Positions 33,500-42,682 of a stretch of DNA of 64,000 nt are shown piece after piece. Source of the stretch: an uncultured Gammaproteobacteria bacterium (GTDB lineage: Bacteria; Pseudomonadota; Gammaproteobacteria; Eutrophobiales; Eutrophobiaceae); contig CALKEZ010000003.1 of the NCBI GenBank assembly GCA_938084745.1, positions 52,388 through 116,387 on the forward strand, written 5' to 3'. The translations under genes were made by a program, and so were the position numbers. The notes under the pieces are model-generated. The model was not told the origin of the DNA. It ran no database searches and saw only the letters and a list, made by a program, of their open reading frames with translations. The first letter of the stretch is position 1; each line of letters starts with the position of its first letter.

Positions 33500-33912
33500 G
33501 TATAGAAACCTTATTTGAAATACGATTTCCGGCAAAACCGGAACGCTTGTGTCTGATACGCTCATTAGTCAAAAGAACGGCCGAGGTCGCCGGTTGTTGC
33601 ACAGAATTATCTGACAGGCTGGTTCTCGCTGTTAATGAAGCCTGTATGAATGTAATTCAACATGCCTATCAAGGTGACGAACTGGGTGAAATTGTACTGC
33701 AAATGCTCAATAATGATGGCAAGCTTCGATTCAGAATTGTGGATTATGCAAACCCGATTGATCTTGATTCAGTCAAGCCACGGGATCTTGATGACTTACG
33801 CCCCGGCGGGTTGGGAACACATTTTATCAATGAGATTATGGATGAGTGTGATATGGGTCATCTTGACGAGGGTAATGGAAACTACCTCGAGATGACAAAG
33901 AAAATAAGCTAA
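33496..33912 (+). CDS. RsbW/SpoIIAB-like serine protein kinase (GHKL ATPase, anti-sigma-factor type)
   Basis: 138 aa. It has an N-box (AVNEACMNVIQHAY) and a G-box (PGGLGTHFI). There is an ATGA overlap with the phosphatase gene. Confidence 0.8.
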   Translation: MSIETLFEIRFPAKPERLCLIRSLVKRTAEVAGCCTELSDRLVLAVNEACMNVIQHAYQGDELGEIVLQMLNNDGKLRFRIVDYANPIDLDSVKPRDLDDLRPGGLGTHFINEIMDECDMGHLDEGNGNYLEMTKKIS

Positions 33913-33942
33913 TAACTAAATAACAAAATGTGAGTATCAAGC

Positions 33943-34275
33943 ATGAATATCAATATACTGGAAGGGGAAGGTTATACCATTATCGGTCTGGAAGGCGATG
34001 TGGACCTATCCTGTTCACCCGATGCCCGCAAGAGTATTCTTGACGTATTGCAGGCAGAAAAAAACCTTCTGATTGACCTTGGCAAGGTAAGTTATATCGA
34101 CAGTTCGGGCGTGGCCAGTTTGGTTGAGGGCTATCAAACAGCTAAAAAACAAACTTTAAAGTTTGGTTTGGTTGGTGTCAGTGATGCAGCTATGAGCGTT
34201 TTGAAATTAGCCAGGCTAGACAAGGTTTTTCCAATACATAACTCGGTAGAAGAGTACGAACAAGAGGATGCCTGA
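33943..34275 (+). CDS. STAS-domain protein (RsbV/SpoIIAA-like anti-anti-sigma fold; possible MlaB analogue)
   Basis: 110 aa. It has the conserved phospho-acceptor context VSYIDSSGVASLVEGY. Its 3' end overlaps the MlaE-like gene by 8 nt. Confidence 0.85.
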   Translation: MNINILEGEGYTIIGLEGDVDLSCSPDARKSILDVLQAEKNLLIDLGKVSYIDSSGVASLVEGYQTAKKQTLKFGLVGVSDAAMSVLKLARLDKVFPIHNSVEEYEQEDA

Positions 34276-35080
34276 ATCCTCGTCTCACCCTGTAATAAAC
34301 ACATTAGAACTGGTTGGACGTTCAACGGTAAAACTGATTGAAGAAGCAGGCTATTACGTTGCTTTACTGATTGAATCTTTATACTGGATTATTGCCGGGC
34401 CGTTCATAAAAAGACCGGTTCGTATTCATTCCATATTTGCACAAATGATGACGATGGGAATCGCTGCCTGTCCCATCGTGTTTGTCCTGTCTTTTTCTAT
34501 CGGTGTCATGTTAGCGATTCAAATGATCTACAATTTAAAGACATTTGGTGCCGAATCTCAGGTGGTAGTGGGTGTGGCTTTATCCATCACCCGGGAATTT
34601 GGTCCACTAATAACCGGAATCTTGATAGCAGGTCGAACCGGTTCTTCATTAGCAGCAAAAATTGGGACGATGCAGGTTAATCAAGAGATTGATGCTTTGA
34701 GGGTGATGGGAATAAACCCGGTGCGATATCTCGTTTCTCCCGCATTATTAGCCATGATGATAATGGTACCGGTTCTCACTTTTTTTTCTGATCTCGCGGG
34801 TCTTTTGGGCGGCGCGGTATATACCGGCATTGAGATTGGTTTAAGTTTTGATGCCTATATCGAGAGAACATTATCTGCTTTGGTTGTTGCTGATGTTATG
34901 CAAGGCTTATTCAAGAGTCTTATTTTTGCATTAATAATTACACTTGTGGGAGTGAGTAATGGTTTTTCAGTCACGGGCGGTGCAGAGGGTGTCGGCAAGG
35001 CAACCACGCGTTCGGTAGTTCTTTCAATATCGTATATTGTTATCGCGGATATGATCTTTACTTATTTTTTAAATCTTTAA
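34268..35080 (+). CDS. MlaE-family ABC transporter permease
   Basis: 270 aa. The multi-TM MlaE/Ttg2B-type sequence includes REFGPLITGILIAGRTGSS and QEIDALRVMGINP. Confidence 0.88.
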   Translation: MPESSSHPVINTLELVGRSTVKLIEEAGYYVALLIESLYWIIAGPFIKRPVRIHSIFAQMMTMGIAACPIVFVLSFSIGVMLAIQMIYNLKTFGAESQVVVGVALSITREFGPLITGILIAGRTGSSLAAKIGTMQVNQEIDALRVMGINPVRYLVSPALLAMMIMVPVLTFFSDLAGLLGGAVYTGIEIGLSFDAYIERTLSALVVADVMQGLFKSLIFALIITLVGVSNGFSVTGGAEGVGKATTRSVVLSISYIVIADMIFTYFLNL

Positions 35081-35085
35081 TTACA

Positions 35086-35886
35086 ATGACCGGAAATTCT
35101 AAATCTGCAGCAATAGAGGTTAACGATCTTGTCACGCATTACGGTTCGCGCGAGATCTTGCATGGCATAAACCTTACCGTTCATGCTGGCGAGATAATGA
35201 TTATCATGGGCGGCAGCGGTTCAGGAAAAAGTACACTATTACGTTACTTGTTAGGCTTGGGTATTCCAACGAGCGGGAGTATCAAGTTACTGGGAAAGGA
35301 CATTACTCGTATTAGCAATCTGGAAATGAATCAATTGCGACAAAATATGGGGGTCGCATTTCAGGGCGGTGCATTACTAAGTTCGATGACGATCGGTGAA
35401 AATGTACAATTACCATTACGTGAACATACCCGGCTGGATGAGAAAACTATGGAAATCATGGCCAGGATGAAACTTGAGGTTGTTAATCTGGGCGGCTTTG
35501 AGAAATTGATGCCGGCCGAATTATCGGGAGGCATGACTAAACGAGCCGCAGTTGCGCGCGCTATTATTATGGATCCAAAATTGATGTTCTTTGATGAACC
35601 TTCAGCAGGTCTTGACCCGGTAGTGTCTGCTGAACTGGATGAACTGATTTTAAATCTAAGAGATGCGATGAAGATGACGATAGTTGTCGTCACCCACGAA
35701 CTTGAAAGTGCTTTCAAGATTGCAGATAGGATCACCGTGCTCGATCAAGGGAATATCCTGATGACAGATACAGTAGAGAATATTAAACATTCCGATAATG
35801 AACGGATACAATCGTTGCTAAACAGACGGCCCAGCAATGATGAAGTGCAGGCCGATGAATATCTAAATCGATTAACCGGTATTTAA
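35086..35886 (+). CDS. MlaF-like ABC transporter ATP-binding protein
   Basis: 266 aa. It has Walker A (GGSGSGKST), the signature LSGGMTKR and Walker B (LMFFDEP). Confidence 0.9.
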   Translation: MTGNSKSAAIEVNDLVTHYGSREILHGINLTVHAGEIMIIMGGSGSGKSTLLRYLLGLGIPTSGSIKLLGKDITRISNLEMNQLRQNMGVAFQGGALLSSMTIGENVQLPLREHTRLDEKTMEIMARMKLEVVNLGGFEKLMPAELSGGMTKRAAVARAIIMDPKLMFFDEPSAGLDPVVSAELDELILNLRDAMKMTIVVVTHELESAFKIADRITVLDQGNILMTDTVENIKHSDNERIQSLLNRRPSNDEVQADEYLNRLTGI

Positions 35887-35895
35887 TCATAAATT

Positions 35896-36906
35896 ATGAA
35901 ACGCGATAATATTAACTATGTAGTGGTCGGCACGTTTGTATTGCTTATCTCTATTAGTTTTTTTGTCTTTCTTTATCAGATCATGGGAAGTAGTGGTCCT
36001 ACCGATGAGTATTTTGTTACCTACAATAATGTAAGCGGTATTAAATATGGTACACCGGTCGCTTTTGAAGGTTATCAGGTAGGGCAGGTTGAGCGCCTTG
36101 AACCGATACGTACAGCGGGTAAAACCAGTTATCGTTTGGCTCTGTCAATAGAAAAAGGGTGGCCTGTGCCGGTCGATAGCGTAGCTAATATTGTTGCCTC
36201 CGGGTTACTCGCCGCAGTTACTATCGATATTGCAGAAGGTGATAGTAATTTATTAATAGAACCAGGTGCGGAAATTCCAGGAAAAGAGGCCGCTAATATA
36301 TTTGCTGCAGTAAATGAGGTGGCAGCAGATCTGCGTGAACTCTCTCAAACAGGTATCAAACCATTACTGGATAATCTCAATAAACAAGTCGATGTTATTT
36401 CCCAACATTTCACTGATGTGACTAAAAATACACTAAAACCGATGCTGGAAAACATCAGTGCTCAAATTGAGAAATCAAATATGGTTAATAAGGTCGATGT
36501 GTTGATAAATAACCTGAACCAGACATCGCAAGATTTGCAAAAAGTATTTAATTCACAAAATCAGGAAAACCTGAGCACATTTCTCAATAATATGAGTGAT
36601 GCTTCGACCGGCATGAACGACCTGGTTGCGAACATTGATGTTACCAGACAATCTATGGATGTCCTTTTGAGTAACATTGATAATGTCATTGGCGATGTTA
36701 ATTATATGCTTGAAGATAATGACGGAAGAATGAAGGCTTCTCTTATCGATCTACAAAAGACCTTGTCGGTCATATCGACGCATATAGATTCCATCACAAA
36801 TCATCTTGAAGGAAGCAGTCGTAATATGCATGAGTTCACACGCCAGATTAAAGAAAACCCCAGTTTGTTAATCCGTAGCGCAGCCCAACCGGACAAGGCT
36901 GAATAA
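35896..36906 (+). CDS. MCE/MlaD-domain protein with long helical C-terminal extension
   Basis: 336 aa. It has an N-terminal TM segment, an MCE domain (SGIKYGTPVAFEGYQVGQV) and about 190 aa of coiled-coil-like C-terminus. Confidence 0.85.
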   Translation: MKRDNINYVVVGTFVLLISISFFVFLYQIMGSSGPTDEYFVTYNNVSGIKYGTPVAFEGYQVGQVERLEPIRTAGKTSYRLALSIEKGWPVPVDSVANIVASGLLAAVTIDIAEGDSNLLIEPGAEIPGKEAANIFAAVNEVAADLRELSQTGIKPLLDNLNKQVDVISQHFTDVTKNTLKPMLENISAQIEKSNMVNKVDVLINNLNQTSQDLQKVFNSQNQENLSTFLNNMSDASTGMNDLVANIDVTRQSMDVLLSNIDNVIGDVNYMLEDNDGRMKASLIDLQKTLSVISTHIDSITNHLEGSSRNMHEFTRQIKENPSLLIRSAAQPDKAE

Positions 36907-36908
36907 TA

Positions 36909-37499
36909 ATGCAGAATCGAATTATTCTATTATGCTGTTATATATTCCTTTCTGCATGTTCCAGTCAGTCACCATTGCCAACAGATCATTATTATCGACT
37001 ACCGGAACTCACAGGAATTAGTCCTGATGAACAACGTGTCAGTACGATTAGTGTGATTAAGTTTCAGGCAGATGGATTGTATAAAGAAAGAGCAATCGTC
37101 TATTCAGAAAATGAAGTTGAACTGCAGCAGTATCATTATCATCATTGGGCAGATTCTCCAGCACGATTATTACAAGAACGTTTGGCGCAAACATTAAGAA
37201 TGGCAAATGTTTCGAAGATGGTGCTGACTACGTTTGAGGGTAATAGTGAGTTAATAATAAATGGACAATTAAAGGCTTTCGAACGTACAAAGAATGCTAA
37301 TCATGACAGTGCAACTATTTCATTACATCTACGTGTTGACGATAACCTGGGTGGGTTACCTGTTTTATATAAGGAATATAATCAAACCGTCGGCTTACGA
37401 GATTCGACTATTGCAGGGCTGATTGATGCGTTTAATACAGCGATAAATTCGATTTACCACGACTTTTATATCGATTTGAAAGCCGTGTTACTGAAATAA
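36909..37499 (+). CDS. ABC-type transport auxiliary lipoprotein (DUF330/PqiC-like)
   Basis: 196 aa. It has a lipobox (FLSAC) and the segment YHYHHWADSPARLLQERL. Its position after an MCE gene is typical. Confidence 0.75.
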   Translation: MQNRIILLCCYIFLSACSSQSPLPTDHYYRLPELTGISPDEQRVSTISVIKFQADGLYKERAIVYSENEVELQQYHYHHWADSPARLLQERLAQTLRMANVSKMVLTTFEGNSELIINGQLKAFERTKNANHDSATISLHLRVDDNLGGLPVLYKEYNQTVGLRDSTIAGLIDAFNTAINSIYHDFYIDLKAVLLK

Positions 37500-37547
37500 T
37501 AATTTTCAAGCCGAAATATATTAAAACTCTCGAATATATGGATCGGC

Positions 37548-38240
37548 TTATGCCGCAGAAAACTCCATTTTGATACCCGCGAGCTCAATTAAATCACTAT
37601 CTTTTAACTGATAAGCCTTGGCACCTATTTGTTCGCCATTGACGACTGGAAAATTATTACCTTCAATGTGTGTGAGGAAATAGCCTTGAGGTCGGCGAGA
37701 AATAACAGCAACCTGAGTGCCCGGTTTACCCAAGGTAATTAAAGCCTTGGTTAATTCCAGTTCTTTGCCCGCAATAGGTCCGTTTAGGACGGTCAGGCGG
37801 CCTAGTGGCATGCCACCACCGGCAGGCGCAGCGGCTGCCGCAGGAGCAGATTGGACGGCTTTTTCAGCAGCTTGGGCTGCAGCCACAGCGGCACTGGCAG
37901 AACCGGGTTTGATGATCATGGTTTTTTCAAAATCATCATCATCAGCGGTAGCAAGTTCATTGACATACTTCAGTTCATGTTTGCCGATAGCGATAACATC
38001 ACCGTCTTTAAGTGCATGTTTCTTAACGAGTTTTCCGTTAACGTAACTGCCGTTAGTACTACCAAGATCTTCCAGAAAAGAATCATCCAGTATGGTAATG
38101 ACCAAAGCATGCTTTCCGCTAACAGCAAGATTGTCTATAGGTATGTCATTGTCAGGCTTGCGCCCGATGGTCAACCGTTCCTGATTGAGTTCGTATTCGC
38201 CTTGAACGACGCCATTCATGCTCAGAACTAACTTCGCCAT
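37548..38240 (-). CDS. FHA-domain protein (canonical N-terminal FHA, Ala-rich linker, degenerate C-terminal FHA-like domain)
   Basis: The N-terminal domain has IGRKPDNDI...VSGKHA...LGSTNGSYVNG. The C-terminal domain has LGKPGTQV...ISRRPQGYF...VVNG. It is the last gene of the kinase-phosphatase operon. Confidence 0.85.
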   Translation of the reverse strand: MAKLVLSMNGVVQGEYELNQERLTIGRKPDNDIPIDNLAVSGKHALVITILDDSFLEDLGSTNGSYVNGKLVKKHALKDGDVIAIGKHELKYVNELATADDDDFEKTMIIKPGSASAAVAAAQAAEKAVQSAPAAAAAPAGGGMPLGRLTVLNGPIAGKELELTKALITLGKPGTQVAVISRRPQGYFLTHIEGNNFPVVNGEQIGAKAYQLKDSDLIELAGIKMEFSAA

Positions 38241-38262
38241 TGCTAATTCCTATCCCCGTATT

Positions 38263-39090
38263 TCATTTAATAAAACGACTTTTAATTTTTGTTAAAAAAC
38301 CCGTGGGCGAAGAAAACTCTTCATGGACACGCACCAGTATAATTGAGGTGTTATCCTTGCCCCCTCTTTTGTTCGCAAATTTCACTAATTCATCTGCTGT
38401 TTGTGCAAGATTAGCACTATATTTACTTAGGGTTAAGTGAATTTCTTCATCTTTTACCATATCTGTTAATCCATCCGAACAAAGCAGGTAAATATCACCG
38501 GGTAAAACAGCTTCTTCGACGACATCAACATCAACACCGGCCTCGATTCCCATTGCACGAGTCACCAGATTTTTAGGGGTGTTGGCATGTGCTTCTTCTG
38601 AGGTATACAGACCTCGGTCAATCAGTTCCTGAATTAACGAATGATCTTTTGTGATTTGTTGTAACTCATTGTTTCTTATTCGGTATAGTCGCGAGTCGCC
38701 GACATGTGCGATAGATAAAATATTGTTATGAAATAGGCCAACGACGATAGTTGTGCCCATGCCCTGACATTGAGAATCAGCCTTGGCGGTGCTATAAATT
38801 ACTGAATTTGCATGGATTATAGCGTCACGAATGAGTATAGATTCATTACAAAAACCAGTGCTTTCATCAATTTGTCCGCGTTTGATTTTTTTTAAGCCAT
38901 TATTTATACCATACAGAATATTCGTGGCGGCCAGCGCACTGGCAACTTCTCCTGCCTTGTAGCCACCCATGCCATCAGCCAAAATAACTATGCCATTACG
39001 AACATCAGTAATCGTACTATCCTCATTATGAGGCCGTTTCTTCCCGACATCAGATTGATTTACGATTTCAAGTTTTGTTGACAGATCCAT
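38263..39090 (-). CDS. PP2C-family Ser/Thr protein phosphatase
   Basis: 275 aa. Motifs ADGMGGYKAGEVAS, CSDGLTD and GGKDNTS are present. Confidence 0.9.
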   Translation of the reverse strand: MDLSTKLEIVNQSDVGKKRPHNEDSTITDVRNGIVILADGMGGYKAGEVASALAATNILYGINNGLKKIKRGQIDESTGFCNESILIRDAIIHANSVIYSTAKADSQCQGMGTTIVVGLFHNNILSIAHVGDSRLYRIRNNELQQITKDHSLIQELIDRGLYTSEEAHANTPKNLVTRAMGIEAGVDVDVVEEAVLPGDIYLLCSDGLTDMVKDEEIHLTLSKYSANLAQTADELVKFANKRGGKDNTSIILVRVHEEFSSPTGFLTKIKSRFIK

Positions 39091-39096
39091 TATTTA

Positions 39097-40443
39097 TTAT
39101 TTTTTTATAATTTTCAGGTAGTTACGTAAATCTTGGGCAAACTCCTGGCCTGATTGGTAGCGATTTTCAGGTGTTTTCGCCAATACTTTATCTATCATCT
39201 CACTAATACCCGGTTTAGTCTCAATCAGGCCTTTACGCAGTCCTATTATTTCAGGATGTGGTTCATTTGCAATGCAAAACATTAATGACGCCATGGAATC
39301 GCCTTTAAACGGTAATCGCCCGGTTAATAGTTGATACAGCATAACGCCGAGTGAGAATATATCCGAACGCCCATCAATATGTTTCCCTACAAGCTGTTCT
39401 GGTGACATATACGACGGTGTACCCAGTACCATGCCCGTTTTAGTCTTACTTGAATCTGTAATGCGGGCAATGCCGAAATCAGTGATTTTAATAGTTGAAG
39501 ATTTAGGGATGAGCATGACATTAGCAGGTTTAATATCTCGATGGACTATATTTTGTTGGTGTGCATAATTTAATGCATCAGCTGCCAGTATAATTAATTG
39601 TAATACGGTCTTAATCGGCAGCAGTTTATCGGGTTTCGTATAGCGTATTAGGTCATGACCATCCAGAAATTCCATGGCAATGTAGGCAAGCTCATGTTCC
39701 TCTCCAACATCATAAACAGTCACGATATTAGGGTGTGTTAAACGACCTGCTGTTTCAGCTTCGCGAAAAAAACGTTCCTTTACTTCATCGAGTTCATCGT
39801 CCTCAAACTCTTGCGATAAGGCCATCGTTTTAATGGCGACGACGCGATTGATCTTGGGATCTTTGCCAAGATAAACTGTCCCCATAGCGCCCTTGCCGAG
39901 TTCTTTTTCTATTTCATAACGACCTAAAGTTGGCGTTTCATCACTATCCAGATCTATTCTGTGTGATTCTGCTGAGTTTACCGCACCATAGAGCATGGTA
40001 TCCTGCATCGCTTTGTGACGTTTTATTTGTTCACGAACATCACCATAGTCGGGTGCATATTCAGCGATAAACTCATAAACACTTAATGCTTTTTCAAATT
40101 GCTCGGATTGCTGGAAGTGAATCGCCAGTTGATACAGCAGCGGCATTAACTTTTCTTGTTTATTACATTGTTGTAGTAATTCCCAGGCTTCATCAAACTT
40201 ACCGGCCTTTATCAAGTTGTTGCCTTGTGAAAGGCGTTTATCTCGTTTGGACCAAAGGAGTATTGCGTAACTTAATACCGAGAGTGACAAAAGGATTGGG
40301 AGTATGAAACTGAACCAGGCCAGTTCCGTGACCGGATGATACTTGTTAAAAGCCAGCGTCAGCCACACGAGTGTTACACAGCTTATGATGCCGGTAAGAA
40401 AACCACCAAGCCAATGGTTTAAAGGTTGTTTGTTGTTATTCAT
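39097..40443 (-). CDS. Hanks-type Ser/Thr protein kinase with N-terminal 2-TM anchor and TPR-like region
   Basis: 448 aa. It has a G-loop (LGKGAMGTVY), VAIK, HRDIKPANV, DFG and SPE motifs. The kinase domain is C-terminal to two TM helices. Confidence 0.9.
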   Translation of the reverse strand: MNNNKQPLNHWLGGFLTGIISCVTLVWLTLAFNKYHPVTELAWFSFILPILLSLSVLSYAILLWSKRDKRLSQGNNLIKAGKFDEAWELLQQCNKQEKLMPLLYQLAIHFQQSEQFEKALSVYEFIAEYAPDYGDVREQIKRHKAMQDTMLYGAVNSAESHRIDLDSDETPTLGRYEIEKELGKGAMGTVYLGKDPKINRVVAIKTMALSQEFEDDELDEVKERFFREAETAGRLTHPNIVTVYDVGEEHELAYIAMEFLDGHDLIRYTKPDKLLPIKTVLQLIILAADALNYAHQQNIVHRDIKPANVMLIPKSSTIKITDFGIARITDSSKTKTGMVLGTPSYMSPEQLVGKHIDGRSDIFSLGVMLYQLLTGRLPFKGDSMASLMFCIANEPHPEIIGLRKGLIETKPGISEMIDKVLAKTPENRYQSGQEFAQDLRNYLKIIKK

Positions 40444-40558
40444 TTCGTCGATAGTTTACGTAATATTATACGATACGATATAACATTTATGAAAAAACCT
40501 GAGTGGCATGATTCTGACTAAAAATTTCCATCCTGAATATAATGTTGAGATCAATTTT

Positions 40559-41026
40559 TCACCCACTCTGGCAATTCTCTTTTATGTAGGCTGCTAATTT
40601 TCCTTCTCCGACTTTGCGTTCCTCTTCAGTGTAAATCCTGGGGTTATTGGGGTCACCGGTGTCTTCGTATAAGTGTGTTGCAATTTTAACTTCTTGCAGT
40701 TTTTTTATGAGTTCAGTACATTTTTCTTGCTGGGCGGCATCTTGTTTTTTCATTTCTTCTTTTAAAAGAAATTTTGCATGACGTTCTTCTTGCATCACAC
40801 CAAGTAGTTTTTGTTGTTGTTTTAAACGTTGGTTTGCCGCTGAGTTTTTTTCGGGTGTCTGTTTTATCTTTATTTTTACTTTATGAGCAACTTCGCTATT
40901 TGGTTTGTCACCGTAAACCGTTTTCCCATTTTCATCGATCCACTTATAAACCTCGGCATGGGATATCTGCATGAAAAATAATGGTGATAAAAATAATAAG
41001 GTAACTAACGGAAGTTTACGCATCAT
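40559..41026 (-). CDS. DUF4124-domain secreted protein
   Basis: The ORF opens at TTG 41038 and an ATG lies at 41026. It has a signal peptide, the DUF4124 motif VYKWIDENGKTVYGDKP and a Lys/Gln-rich helical tail. Confidence 0.7.
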   Translation of the reverse strand: MMRKLPLVTLLFLSPLFFMQISHAEVYKWIDENGKTVYGDKPNSEVAHKVKIKIKQTPEKNSAANQRLKQQQKLLGVMQEERHAKFLLKEEMKKQDAAQQEKCTELIKKLQEVKIATHLYEDTGDPNNPRIYTEEERKVGEGKLAAYIKENCQSG

Positions 41027-41056
41027 TAAACAGATCAAGGATTACTGTTGAAATAG

Positions 41057-42466
41057 TCAGGCTACTTTTTGCGCAGCTTTATTTTTAATCATTACAGACT
41101 CTATCGCCGTCTTTAATTCTGCGCAAATTAATTGAAATGATTGTAAATCCCGTTTGCAGAGCTGTTTGCTCGTTTGCCCATGGTCGACAAAAAAACAGCC
41201 CAACACTTTTTCGTTTACATAAAAAGAGTTGATGATAATCGTTGCTGTTGATTGCATGGGTCGTAACTGTGATGGTAGTAACTCATTGTATTTATGCTGA
41301 TTTTTAGGGTTTATACAGAGGGTTTGTTCTTTTTTTAATAATTGCATGAAAAGTTTGTTTAACTCGAGTGAGATTTTCATGTTTTTAATATCAGGTAAGC
41401 TTTTGTCAATGAGTTGCATGTTTGCTTTCAAACATTGTTCATTTTTATCAAAAGACATGAAACAAACTCGTGCAAACCCAACACCCAGTTTCATGGATTT
41501 TATCGCGATTTCTATCAGTTCGTGTGGCTTACCTGTTGTATTCGCACGCAGCAATTTAATATAGTCAGCCAGATCATTTCTGGCGGGAGTATTCTCAGTT
41601 TTTATTATTGATGAGGGATAACACATTATTATTTTTAAGAGCGGTTGATAGGGCAGGTATTTTTGTCCGTTACGAATTGCGTTTACCAGAATCTGGTTTG
41701 TTTTCCCCGCTATTCGAATTTGAGACATCCGACTATATTCAGAAATACGGTCGATGAGGTGTTCCGGATAATGGATAGAAAAATGGGAATAGATTTGATG
41801 TATCAGTTCTGTTGCCAACCGTATGCCGGTTATCTTGGGATTGTGATGTTTGCCCGAATAACTTTCACGAATTAACTCGGGTAGATTCCAGTTCAGCGCA
41901 ATCGCTTGCGCGATTTCGTCCACGCTATTACCGAGCAGTTCTTTTTCTTTCAGTTTATGATCCTGATCTGGTGTGTTATAGATATTTTCCAGCGCTAGCG
42001 CCTTGTCAGAATCGACCAGAAACATTAAAAACCGGACAAACCCTCTGTTTAAACCTGCGGTAAAGATTTCATTGTTTTCGGATTCTTTTCTCATTACAGA
42101 CCATTCCTTGGCCATAAAAGCAATTTGGAATTGATGAGAGTAATTATTCATTATTCTGGCAATCATTTTTTTATCCAGAACTTTTTCCAGTTCGGGTAGA
42201 TCGCTCAGCATTTTTATAACGATGGGAATGCTTATCAGTGATATAGCATGGGAAAGCGTGGTGATTTCTTTTTTTGTGGAACGACCAGCATGTCTGAGTA
42301 GTGCTATCGAAAGACCAGGGTCTTGTCTGGCTATATCAGTCAGCACAGAAATAGTGATATCACGTTCTTCCTGCTGTAACTCATAGAGTCTGTATTTGCT
42401 TTTATGTAATACCGGAATTTCACAGTCGCTAAAAGCAGTAATCCATTCTGGTAGTTTGTTAACCAT
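41057..42466 (-). CDS. HDOD-domain signalling protein with C-terminal GAF-like region
   Basis: 469 aa. The N-terminal half fits HDOD (ISVLTDIARQDPGLSIALLRHA...). The C-terminal domain assignment is tentative. Confidence 0.65.
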   Translation of the reverse strand: MVNKLPEWITAFSDCEIPVLHKSKYRLYELQQEERDITISVLTDIARQDPGLSIALLRHAGRSTKKEITTLSHAISLISIPIVIKMLSDLPELEKVLDKKMIARIMNNYSHQFQIAFMAKEWSVMRKESENNEIFTAGLNRGFVRFLMFLVDSDKALALENIYNTPDQDHKLKEKELLGNSVDEIAQAIALNWNLPELIRESYSGKHHNPKITGIRLATELIHQIYSHFSIHYPEHLIDRISEYSRMSQIRIAGKTNQILVNAIRNGQKYLPYQPLLKIIMCYPSSIIKTENTPARNDLADYIKLLRANTTGKPHELIEIAIKSMKLGVGFARVCFMSFDKNEQCLKANMQLIDKSLPDIKNMKISLELNKLFMQLLKKEQTLCINPKNQHKYNELLPSQLRPMQSTATIIINSFYVNEKVLGCFFVDHGQTSKQLCKRDLQSFQLICAELKTAIESVMIKNKAAQKVA

Positions 42467-42637
42467 AGCGTTTCAATTTGTGTTTGATGTAAAAAATCAA
42501 GCCAAACTGATGCAAGAAATCAGAGCAAACTCTCTCTCAATCCGCCAAATAGTTGGCCTTATCAAGTAGGTTATCGGGAAGTAAGGGTAAAGCTTGAGTA
42601 AATTCGGGGTATAGAATGGTTTCTATCGGTGCTGGTG

Positions 42638-42660
42638 AGGGTAGCTAGGGGCAGACATGC
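42638..42660 (-). terminator. Hairpin downstream of fdxA (candidate terminator)
   Basis: 8-bp GC-rich stem ggggcaga / tctgcccc with a 7-nt loop, 23 nt after the fdxA stop. No U-tract follows. Confidence 0.35.
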
Positions 42661-42682
42661 TATCTGCCCCTGTATATAAATA

